This document shows positions 9,023-16,871 of a stretch of DNA of 64,000 nucleotides, in pieces. Source of the stretch: an uncultured Rickettsiales bacterium. GTDB lineage: Bacteria > Margulisbacteria > Marinamargulisbacteria > GCA-2716485 > CAZIFG01. A program made the translations under genes and the position numbers. Numbering within the stretch: position 1 is the stretch's first letter; the number at the start of each line of letters is the position of its first letter. The DNA is taken from the NCBI GenBank assembly GCA_964539135.1, contig CAZIFG010000004.1, positions 43,250 to 107,249 on the forward strand. The letters run 5' to 3'. The notes beneath the pieces were generated by a model. It saw nothing but the letters and a program-made list of their open reading frames with translations, had not been told where the DNA came from and ran no database searches.

Positions 9023-10306
9023 AGCATGCTTTCTATACTTACACACTGTCCGTCTGGCAATGGGAATACCCAGGTCCTGAAGTTTTTGGGCGAGTTGGGC
9101 GTCACTATCCTGAGGAAATTGGGCTGCAAGTTCCTGAACATAACGGGTAAAAACAGCCTGGGTATGCCCAAAATAATTTCGAGGACATAAGGCACTGAGT
9201 GGCAAAACGCCAAAGGGCGTGCGAATATATTTGGCATGCACCAAACGCGAAATCGTAGAGGCTGAGACCTCCAGGTCAGCAGCGATGTCTTTCTGTAAAA
9301 GAGGCACTAAAAAATCGGGCCCTTTAGATAAAAACAAGGTCTGTTTAGCGGCCAAATAGTGGCCAAAGCGTTCCAATAAAGCCCCTCGTTTTTGAAGCGT
9401 TTCTATCCAAAGTTGAGCCTTATCCTGTTGAGCACGTAAAAAAGTGCGAGCGGCTTCATCCAAAGCGGGATCCTTCAGAATAGCCTCGTAATCGGAAGAC
9501 AGTTTAATCTGTGGGCCCTGAGACACTTCCAAACATCGAATTTTGGGCTGGTTGCCCTCAACATAAACCTCAAAAGAAGGCGTAATCGGTGTGGCGGTCG
9601 CAGCAGACGAAAAGGCAGCTCCGGGGTAAGGGGTCAGATTTTCTTTTAAATAGAGTAGGAGGCCCTCAACGGCTTCTTCAGATAAGCCATAATCTGATTC
9701 AAAAAGCGTAAAATTTTCAGCAGCCAAGGCCTCCAAATCATCTCGAACAACGTCTGTTAAGAGGGCTTTAAATTCAGGATCTTGATGCTCATGTCTGTCA
9801 ATTTGAAGCAAGAGACATTCTTTTAAGGTTCTAGCGCCTACCCCTTCAGGTTCCAAGCTTTGAACAATCGTTAAATAATCGCCAATCTTTCGAGGGGAAA
9901 TCTTAAATTTCTCGGCTAAAGCGTCTCGAATCGCAGGATAATCGGGTAAATAGCCTCTAGAGTCCAGATGCTCAATGAGGGTCGTGCAACAGGCATATGC
10001 AGTTGCCTCCAAAGAGAGGAGATTCAGTTGCGCCATTAAATGGTCATAAAGAGAGACCGTCTGCACGTCTTCAGCAAGCGCGGCAACATCTGCAGAAGAT
10101 GGGGATGAAGTTAAAGAAGCGGAAGAGAGTGTGGCAGGTAAAAACGGCCGCTCCAGTTCTAAAAAAACATTATCAGAAACAAGATCTTCGATGTCATGAA
10201 TCAATTGGCCATAGGGAAGCTGTAGGGTTTTGAGTGCCTGAATAAGCTTGGGGCTGAGCCGCTGTTTCAAAGAAAGGGTTTGTGTCGGGGTAAGGTGAAG
10301 GTTCAT
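9011..10306 (-). CDS. rpoN: RNA polymerase sigma-54 factor
   Basis: N-terminal region I (LKQRLSPKLIQALKTLQLP) and a C-terminal RpoN box, ARRTVCKYR. Confidence 0.9.
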   Translation of the reverse strand: MNLHLTPTQTLSLKQRLSPKLIQALKTLQLPYGQLIHDIEDLVSDNVFLELERPFLPATLSSASLTSSPSSADVAALAEDVQTVSLYDHLMAQLNLLSLEATAYACCTTLIEHLDSRGYLPDYPAIRDALAEKFKISPRKIGDYLTIVQSLEPEGVGARTLKECLLLQIDRHEHQDPEFKALLTDVVRDDLEALAAENFTLFESDYGLSEEAVEGLLLYLKENLTPYPGAAFSSAATATPITPSFEVYVEGNQPKIRCLEVSQGPQIKLSSDYEAILKDPALDEAARTFLRAQQDKAQLWIETLQKRGALLERFGHYLAAKQTLFLSKGPDFLVPLLQKDIAADLEVSASTISRLVHAKYIRTPFGVLPLSALCPRNYFGHTQAVFTRYVQELAAQFPQDSDAQLAQKLQDLGIPIARRTVCKYRKHALTN

Positions 10307-10311
10307 CCCAT

Positions 10312-11313
10312 TTAATCCGGAATGGCCAAATAAGGCGTAGCTGTAATGGTTTTGGGATCTGGACAGCGTCCCGCTTGGTAGGAAAAATAAGCCGCCGCAC
10401 CAATCATGCCAGCATTATCGGTACACAGAGACGCTGGGGCAACTGATAAGGCAATGCCGGTCGCAGCACATCGGTCTTGAAAGGCTTGAACCAAGGTTCG
10501 GTTGGCCGTGACACCACCACACAGAGATAGAGAGGAGATGTCGTAGTGTTCACAAGCCGAAAGGGCCTTGGCGGTGAGTGTATCAATAACAGCCGCCTGA
10601 AAGCTTGCCGCAAGATCTGCTATGGGAAGGGCATTAGGATCCAGCGCCTTAACCTGCTGAAGCACAGCCGTTTTAAGGCCTGAAAAGCTAAAATCCAGGC
10701 CTTTGCCTTTAAGGGCTCTCGGAAAATGAAAGGCCTTAGGATTTCCAGTCTGGGCCGCCCTCTCAATATGAGGCCCCCCTGGATATCCAAATCCCAAGAG
10801 TCGGGCCACTTTATCAAAGGCTTCACCGGCAGCATCGTCGCGGGTTTCGCTGAGAAGTTCAAAGGTCATAGGCGCTGGGATTTTGACAAGAGCGGTGTGG
10901 CCGCCAGAGGCAATGAGAGAAATAAAGGGGAAAGCGGGGGGTGTTTCGGTTAAAAAAAGCGCATAAATATGACCTTGCATATGATTGACCCCAATAAGGG
11001 GTACATTTAAAACAGTAGACAAGGTTTTGGCAACAGCAAGTCCAACCAACAAGGAACCTTCAAGTCCAGGTCCGTATGTAACGCCAATGGCATCTATATC
11101 TTGAAGAGTAATGCCGGCGTCTTTTAAAACATGATCCATCAAGTCATGGATGATTTCCGTATGCATGCGTGAGGCGAGTTCCGGAACGATGCCGCCATAT
11201 TCTGCATGGGTTTTAACTTGAGACGACAAAATGCTCGAAAGCAGGCGTATGCCATCTTCAACAATGGCAATTCCTGTATCATCGCAGGACGTTTCAATCG
11301 CTAAAATTTTCAT
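10312..11313 (-). CDS. tsaD: tRNA N6-adenosine threonylcarbamoyltransferase
   Basis: MKILAIETSCDDTGIAIV and GVNHMQGH motifs. I trimmed the start from the track value 11433 to ATG 11313. The 40-aa upstream extension has no homology signal and would overlap the topA promoter and start. Confidence 0.9.
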   Translation of the reverse strand: MKILAIETSCDDTGIAIVEDGIRLLSSILSSQVKTHAEYGGIVPELASRMHTEIIHDLMDHVLKDAGITLQDIDAIGVTYGPGLEGSLLVGLAVAKTLSTVLNVPLIGVNHMQGHIYALFLTETPPAFPFISLIASGGHTALVKIPAPMTFELLSETRDDAAGEAFDKVARLLGFGYPGGPHIERAAQTGNPKAFHFPRALKGKGLDFSFSGLKTAVLQQVKALDPNALPIADLAASFQAAVIDTLTAKALSACEHYDISSLSLCGGVTANRTLVQAFQDRCAATGIALSVAPASLCTDNAGMIGAAAYFSYQAGRCPDPKTITATPYLAIPD

Positions 11314-11328
11314 GGCACCAGTGTAGCA
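11313..11328 (+). promoter_or_regulatory. Sigma-54-like -24/-12 motif TGGCAC-N5-TAGCA
   Basis: TGGCACcagtgTAGCA has the GG and GC at consensus spacing, with one mismatch to TGGCAC-N5-TTGCA. It faces topA and abuts the tsaD start codon. Confidence 0.25.
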
Positions 11329-11348
11329 TTTTTTTTCGACGGGTTCTA

Positions 11349-11377
11349 TTGACAAGGATTCGAGCCGCTTGCATAAT
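11349..11377 (+). promoter_or_regulatory. Sigma-70-type promoter of topA (TTGACA-17-CATAAT)
   Basis: Perfect -35 TTGACA at 11349-11354, a 17-nt spacer, and -10 CATAAT at 11372-11377. The topA ATG is only 7 nt downstream and no SD is present. Confidence 0.5.
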
Positions 11378-11383
11378 ACGAAG

Positions 11384-13486
11384 ATGTCAAGATATTTAGT
11401 CATTGTAGAGTCACCTGCAAAGTGCAAAACCATCGAAAAGTTCTTAGGAAGCGACTATGAGTTAGCGGCCTCTTATGGTCACGTCAGAGATCTTCCACAG
11501 AAGAAAATAGGGGTAGACATTGCACACAATTTTGAACCCACGTATCAGGCCATGCCAGACAAAAAAAAGGTCCTCAAAGACCTCAAGGATAAATCCAAAA
11601 AAGCAGAGATTGTATACGTCGCAACTGACCCTGACCGAGAAGGGGAAGCCATTGCCTGGCACATTATTGAAGGCATTCAAATTCCCGAAGAAAAAGTAAA
11701 GCGCATTGTCTTCAATGAAATCACCAAAACAGCGGTTCAAAATGCCATTCAACATTCGCGATTATTGGACATTGATTTGGTCAATGCCCAACAAGCACGA
11801 CGAATTTTAGACCGACTCATTGGCTATAAATTAAGCCCAGTTTTAGCTAAGAAAATCAGAAAGGGCCTCAGTGCAGGACGTGTACAATCGGTAGCGGTGA
11901 AAATTATTTGTGATCGTGAGCGGGCCATTACGGCTTTTATTCCCGAAGAGTATTGGAATATAGATGTTACCTTTTCGAAAGAAGACAATCAAAAACAAAC
12001 CTTTCGCGCCCGTTTAGTTGGCGATGGGGAAGAAGACAGTAAAAAAACAGTCTCTAATGAAGCCGATGCCCTTAACATTAAATCGCATTTAGAAAAGGCC
12101 CGTTATGAGATTAAAAAAATAAAAAAATCCCAAGCCCGACGCAATCCGGCGGCGCCGTTTATCACCTCAACCTTGCAGCAAGAGGCGTCTCGAAAATTAG
12201 GCTGGACGGCGAAAAAAACCATGATGGTGGCCCAACAACTTTATGAAGGGGTAACTCTGAATGGCGAATCGACGGGACTTATTACCTACATGAGAACCGA
12301 TTCCATTCGTGTGTCGGATGAGGCCAAAAAGGCGGCTTCCGATTACATCAAAAAACAGTATGGTGCCAAATATTTAGGAGAAGAAAAGGCCGCAAAAAAA
12401 GAGAAAAAGAATGTCCAAGATGCTCACGAAGCCATTCGCCCCTCTTACATTGAATTTAGTCCCGCGGACATTTCAAAACAGCTCTCTGCAGATCATTTAA
12501 AGCTCTATAAATTGGTTTGGAACCGGTTTATGGCCTCGCAAATGAGTGCCTCTTTAAGTGATAGAACCCAGGTGAATGTCGAAGCCGTTTCAGGGGATCA
12601 AAGTTATTGGTTGCGCGCGACAGGATCTATTGTGATTTTTGATGGCTTTACAAAAGTGTATACAGAAGACAAAGATCATGAAGGCGACGAAGATGAAAAA
12701 GAAGGATTTTTACCGCCCTTAGAAGAAGGCGATAAGCTCAAAAAAGAGGCGGTAGAGGCCCTTCAAAAATTCACACAACCTCCGGCTCGATTTACAGAGG
12801 CCTCCTTGGTTAAGGAATTGGAATTGCAAGGCATAGGCAGACCGTCTACGTATGCGCCCACCATCTCTACGATTTTAGACCGAGGCTACGTCGAGAGAGA
12901 GGCCAAAGTCCTCAAGCCCACAGAGTTGGGCTTTTTAGTCATTGAAAAATTAGAAGCTTACTTTGATCAAATTGTGGACCTTGCGTTCACGGCCAATATG
13001 GAAACAAAGCTGGATGAAATAGCAGAAGGCAAGCATGCCTGGCAAGGGGTTTTGGGCGAATTCTACGATCCTTTTGCCAAAAAAATTGACATTGCCTACA
13101 AGGAAATGGAAAAAATAAACACCGACAAACCCACAGATGAAAAATGCGATAAGTGTGGCAGTGACATGGTTTTGAAGCAGGGCCGATTTGGGGCGTTTAT
13201 TGCCTGCTCCAATTTTCCTGAGTGTAAAACCACAAAGTCCGTGGTGCAATCCTTAGGAGTAAATTGTGCAAAATGTGGCAGTCCTTTAGTGATGAAAAAA
13301 AGTAAAAGAGGTAAGGTCTTTTATGGCTGTTCTGGATTCCCGAACTGTACTTACGCTGCCTGGGACAAGCCCATTGCGGAGCCCTGCCCCAAATGTAAGA
13401 AGCCATTTGTATTGGAAAAGGCAGCCAAAAAAGGGAATGCCTACAAATATTGTGACGACTGTCACTGGAAAGAAAGCGACGATTAA
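11384..13486 (+). CDS. topA: DNA topoisomerase I
   Basis: Toprim N-terminus LVIVESPAKCKTIEKFLG, active-site region TYMRTDS, and three C-terminal C4 zinc ribbons. I prefer ATG 11384 over the track TTG 11369. Confidence 0.92.
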   Translation: MSRYLVIVESPAKCKTIEKFLGSDYELAASYGHVRDLPQKKIGVDIAHNFEPTYQAMPDKKKVLKDLKDKSKKAEIVYVATDPDREGEAIAWHIIEGIQIPEEKVKRIVFNEITKTAVQNAIQHSRLLDIDLVNAQQARRILDRLIGYKLSPVLAKKIRKGLSAGRVQSVAVKIICDRERAITAFIPEEYWNIDVTFSKEDNQKQTFRARLVGDGEEDSKKTVSNEADALNIKSHLEKARYEIKKIKKSQARRNPAAPFITSTLQQEASRKLGWTAKKTMMVAQQLYEGVTLNGESTGLITYMRTDSIRVSDEAKKAASDYIKKQYGAKYLGEEKAAKKEKKNVQDAHEAIRPSYIEFSPADISKQLSADHLKLYKLVWNRFMASQMSASLSDRTQVNVEAVSGDQSYWLRATGSIVIFDGFTKVYTEDKDHEGDEDEKEGFLPPLEEGDKLKKEAVEALQKFTQPPARFTEASLVKELELQGIGRPSTYAPTISTILDRGYVEREAKVLKPTELGFLVIEKLEAYFDQIVDLAFTANMETKLDEIAEGKHAWQGVLGEFYDPFAKKIDIAYKEMEKINTDKPTDEKCDKCGSDMVLKQGRFGAFIACSNFPECKTTKSVVQSLGVNCAKCGSPLVMKKSKRGKVFYGCSGFPNCTYAAWDKPIAEPCPKCKKPFVLEKAAKKGNAYKYCDDCHWKESDD

Positions 13487-14325
13487 TGCACACCCTTCAG
13501 ACGCTGGCAGACTATCAGGCCGCAAGAGCGACTTTAAAGGGAAAAATTGGCTTGGTCCCAACAATGGGGGCCTTGCATGCGGGGCATCTGTCTTTAATTG
13601 AGGCGGCGAAAAAAGACTGCGACCATGTGGTTGTGAGTCTATTTATCAATCCCTTACAATTTGGACCTACAGAAGACTTTAATCGGTATCCAAGAACCCT
13701 AGAATCGGATCAAGACTTATGCGAAAGCGCGGGGGTAACACTATTATTTGCGCCGACAAGAGAGGGTTTATATCCTGAAGGCGAGGCGCATGCAACAAAA
13801 GTATGGATTCCAGAGTTGGGAAAACGGTATTGTGGGGTCACGCGGCCTGTTTTTTTTGAAGGGGTTTTGAGTGTGGTATTGCGTTTATTGAATGCACTCC
13901 GTCCCCATTTTGCTTATTTTGGGGAAAAAGATTTTCAGCAATTGGTTCTGATTCAAAAAATGGCAAGAGACCTGTTTTTAGATCTTAAAATTATTGGCTG
14001 CCCCATTGTGAGAGAACCCAGTGGCCTAGCGATGAGTTCCAGAAACAAGTATCTGACAGACTCAGAAAAAGAAGAGGCAGCTATAATTTATAAGGCATTG
14101 TCCATCGCAAAAAAAAGTGTCGAAGGTGGCAAAAGAGATTGGTCCAAAATTAAAGCCGAGATTGTAGCCTATCTACATCAACATAGCGGTATTCAAGTAG
14201 ATTACTGTGACTGTGTTGATAGTCAGAGTTTAGACGCATTGGAAACAGTAAAGCCAGGCGCCCGGGTTTTATTTGCAGGTGTTTTAAATCAAACGCGATT
14301 GATTGATAACCTGGCACTGTCTTAG
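13486..14325 (+). CDS. panC: Pantoate--beta-alanine ligase
   Basis: PTMGALHAGHLSLI and FINPLQFGP motifs. Confidence 0.93.
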   Translation: MHTLQTLADYQAARATLKGKIGLVPTMGALHAGHLSLIEAAKKDCDHVVVSLFINPLQFGPTEDFNRYPRTLESDQDLCESAGVTLLFAPTREGLYPEGEAHATKVWIPELGKRYCGVTRPVFFEGVLSVVLRLLNALRPHFAYFGEKDFQQLVLIQKMARDLFLDLKIIGCPIVREPSGLAMSSRNKYLTDSEKEEAAIIYKALSIAKKSVEGGKRDWSKIKAEIVAYLHQHSGIQVDYCDCVDSQSLDALETVKPGARVLFAGVLNQTRLIDNLALS

Positions 14326-14432
14326 TAAAAGCCCCAATGCCAACGACCCTTCGACTACGCTCAGGGTTCGGATTAGAATTTAATAGGTAGCCTGGCACTA
14401 TTGAAAGGAATGAAGCATTTAATATTCGAGGC

Positions 14433-14489
14433 GAAAAAAGATCGGAGCCAGCGACCGCTTCTGGTGAACGACTGAGCGGCTCTTTTTTC
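14433..14489. terminator. Candidate bidirectional intrinsic terminator between convergent panC and mutL
   Basis: A6 tract at 14434-14439, stem GAGCC(a)GC at 14445-14452 pairing with GCGGCTC at 14476-14482, then a T6 tract at 14483-14488. The loop is large, so the call is only moderate. Confidence 0.35.
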
Positions 14490-14539
14490 ACCACAGAATA
14501 TTCAATGCTGAATGCATTCCAAATGCAAATTGAATTGCC

Positions 14540-16384
14540 TCAACTTCGTAAAAACAATTTCTCTAGTCGATTTTGATCCAGTTTAATATACAGGGGCCGG
14601 CCGTGTGGACAGGTATAGTTAGCAGGTGAAGCCATCAAATCTTGTACCAATCGTTTAACCTCTAAAGGATGTAATTTTTTACCAGCCTTAATGGCAGCTT
14701 TGCAGGCTTTGAGTTGAAGGACTTCTTTTTGTTGAAGCGTCATGTCGGCAATGGAATCAGGGAATTCTTGAAGTTGATGTAAAATCCCGGTCACCAAAAT
14801 CGTAATATTGCTATCTGAAAAGGCATACGGAATTTCACGAACCGCAATTTTGCCAGGACCAAAGGGGTCAATAACAAACTGAAGAGATTCCAAATACGCC
14901 TGATGATGCTCAAAAACCTGAATGAGATCCGGCGTCAGTTCAATAATTTCAGACAAAAGCAGCGGCTGCCTATCTGATTGGGTGCCAAAGCTGTCCTTAA
15001 TTTTTTCATATAAAATACGCTCATGAACGGCATGTTGATCCATCAGGTAAAGCGCGTCCTGTCCCTGAATGACAATATACGTATCAAAAAGTTGAAAATG
15101 CGTAAAATCAGTGCGCGGTGGCGTGAGCTGTGTGGGCGTAAATAGTTGTGCGGCAATGGCAATATCTTGAGCACGAGGTTCGGGGGTTAGTGGTGTCGAA
15201 ATGGGTTCCAAGTTAGAAAAGGAAGTCGAAAAATGCGGGATATTGTCGGCATCCATTTTTGGGGTGTAAGTCTGAGGGATGACATCCTCAATAGGCGAGG
15301 CATTAAAGGCAAAAGACTCAAAAGTAGGGGGAGAGAATACAGGCGGACTTTGTGGCGAAACATCATGAAGCGGATATAAAACAGGCGCCAAAGAGGTATT
15401 GGATTGAAGACTCAGAGAAATGGCTTTGGGCAGGGCATTGTATAAAAACCCAGGGTTTAAAAATTTAACATCTAATTTTTGGGGATGAATATTCACATCT
15501 ACCAGTTCTGAATCCAGTGTGATATCCAAAACCGCCAAAGGAAAACGTCGGTGAGGAATCAGATCTTTAAAGCTATCTTGAAGGGCCTTATAAAGCGAAG
15601 GGCTTTTTACCAAACGCCGATTTACAGTCACAATTTGTTTGGTTTTATTGCCAAAGGTAAATTGGGGATCTGTAATATAGCCCTTGAACCGAACACTCGC
15701 CACATCGGTATCGACTCGAACCAAGTGGTCTTTCAGGGCTTTGCCATAAAAATGAACCAAAAGTGCGCGGGCATCGGAAATGCCTTTGGAGTTGATAATA
15801 TCTTGACCCTCATGAGACAAAACAAAATCAATATGGGGCAAAGAAACCGCAAACTGCATGACACTATCACTGATATAAGACAGTTCAGTCGATGCAGATT
15901 TTAAGAATTTTTGACGCACCGGAATATCGTCGAATAAGTCTTGAATATCCATGACGGTACCCAGTGAGCCAGAAGATAAAGTCGGCGTTCCAATATCGCC
16001 TTTGTAGGCCCGAATCTGATAGCAATCCGCACCCTCTTGTTTAGAGGTAATCGTCAATTTGGCAACATGAGAAATACTGGCAAGCGCTTCGCCTCTAAAC
16101 CCAAAAGTAGGCGTGTGATATAGATCTTCTAAAACGGTAATTTTAGAGGTGGTATGTTGAAGCGGCGCAAGCGGCAAGTCTTCAGGCGAAAGGCCTCGAC
16201 CATTGTCTATCACTTTAATCCGGCGCTTACCGCCATCTTCAAGCACAATAGAAATCTGAGTGGCCCCGGCATCCAAGGCATTTTCAATCAGTTCTTTAAC
16301 GATAGACGCCGGCCTGTCGATGACTTCGCCTGCCGCAATTTGGGTAATGGTAACCGGATCCAGTTGTTTAATAATAGAGGACAT
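14540..16384 (-). CDS. mutL: DNA mismatch repair protein MutL
   Basis: GHKL N-terminus IAAGEVIDRPASIVKELIENALDAG. I trimmed the start to ATG 16384 (MSSIIKQL...), 10 codons inside the track ORF. Confidence 0.9.
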   Translation of the reverse strand: MSSIIKQLDPVTITQIAAGEVIDRPASIVKELIENALDAGATQISIVLEDGGKRRIKVIDNGRGLSPEDLPLAPLQHTTSKITVLEDLYHTPTFGFRGEALASISHVAKLTITSKQEGADCYQIRAYKGDIGTPTLSSGSLGTVMDIQDLFDDIPVRQKFLKSASTELSYISDSVMQFAVSLPHIDFVLSHEGQDIINSKGISDARALLVHFYGKALKDHLVRVDTDVASVRFKGYITDPQFTFGNKTKQIVTVNRRLVKSPSLYKALQDSFKDLIPHRRFPLAVLDITLDSELVDVNIHPQKLDVKFLNPGFLYNALPKAISLSLQSNTSLAPVLYPLHDVSPQSPPVFSPPTFESFAFNASPIEDVIPQTYTPKMDADNIPHFSTSFSNLEPISTPLTPEPRAQDIAIAAQLFTPTQLTPPRTDFTHFQLFDTYIVIQGQDALYLMDQHAVHERILYEKIKDSFGTQSDRQPLLLSEIIELTPDLIQVFEHHQAYLESLQFVIDPFGPGKIAVREIPYAFSDSNITILVTGILHQLQEFPDSIADMTLQQKEVLQLKACKAAIKAGKKLHPLEVKRLVQDLMASPANYTCPHGRPLYIKLDQNRLEKLFLRS

Positions 16385-16517
16385 AATCAAGGAGAATAGC
16401 AGAAAAAAAGACAAGATACTACTGTACGAAAATCAAAAGTAAAAGACTTTGAATAGAAATGAAAAATATGATAGTTTAATTTAAATTCACCTCTATATTT
16501 AGAGAAGGAAAATTGAA

Positions 16518-16871
16518 ATGAAGTATAAAATAATGCCTGTGTCGGCAGCATTCGAAATGTCCCTAGAAGAGCCCGTAAGTCCTATGTCTGTATTTCCAGC
16601 TGTGCTGACAGCATTATTTGGGGTTACAGATTTCGAGGCCTTAAAAACACCTGAGTTTACAGGAAAAATTACAGAGTTTAAAACAGCGAAGTGTGCTACA
16701 GAAAAAAGAAATGTGATTCATGTCATCATGGCAGCTGGATTAAGCAAAACAGAGCAAATAGAAGCCTTACAAGCTGTTTTAGCGGCCAATAAAGGAACAC
16801 CAGCTATTCAATCTGCTGCTAAAGCCCATGGAGATTGTACCAGCGCCAAGGCCTGTAGAATCGGGAGGTGA
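16518..16871 (+). CDS. Hypothetical protein (117 aa), overlaps the next ORF by 44 nt
   Basis: ORF only, with no recognisable motif. GAAGGAAAA lies upstream of the ATG. Confidence 0.35.
   Translation: MKYKIMPVSAAFEMSLEEPVSPMSVFPAVLTALFGVTDFEALKTPEFTGKITEFKTAKCATEKRNVIHVIMAAGLSKTEQIEALQAVLAANKGTPAIQSAAKAHGDCTSAKACRIGR

Noticed and set aside
10312-11433. Track version of tsaD with a 40-aa N-terminal extension, and similar 5' extensions of mutL, pyrG, fabD, pgeF and the antiporter
   Set aside because: The extensions precede the conserved N-terminal motifs. They overlap neighbouring genes or promoters and lack an SD. Internal starts with better context were used, though the exact starts remain unverified.
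14310-14401. TGGCAC strings at 14312 and 14393 as sigma-54 promoters
   Set aside because: The GC of the -12 element is absent at the required spacing (TGGCACtgtctTAGTA and TGGCACtattgAAAGG). Both sit between convergent gene ends.
14150-14494. 114-aa ORF spanning the panC 3' end and the intergenic spacer
   Set aside because: It is antisense to panC and runs through the terminator and inverted-repeat region. It has no motif or SD.
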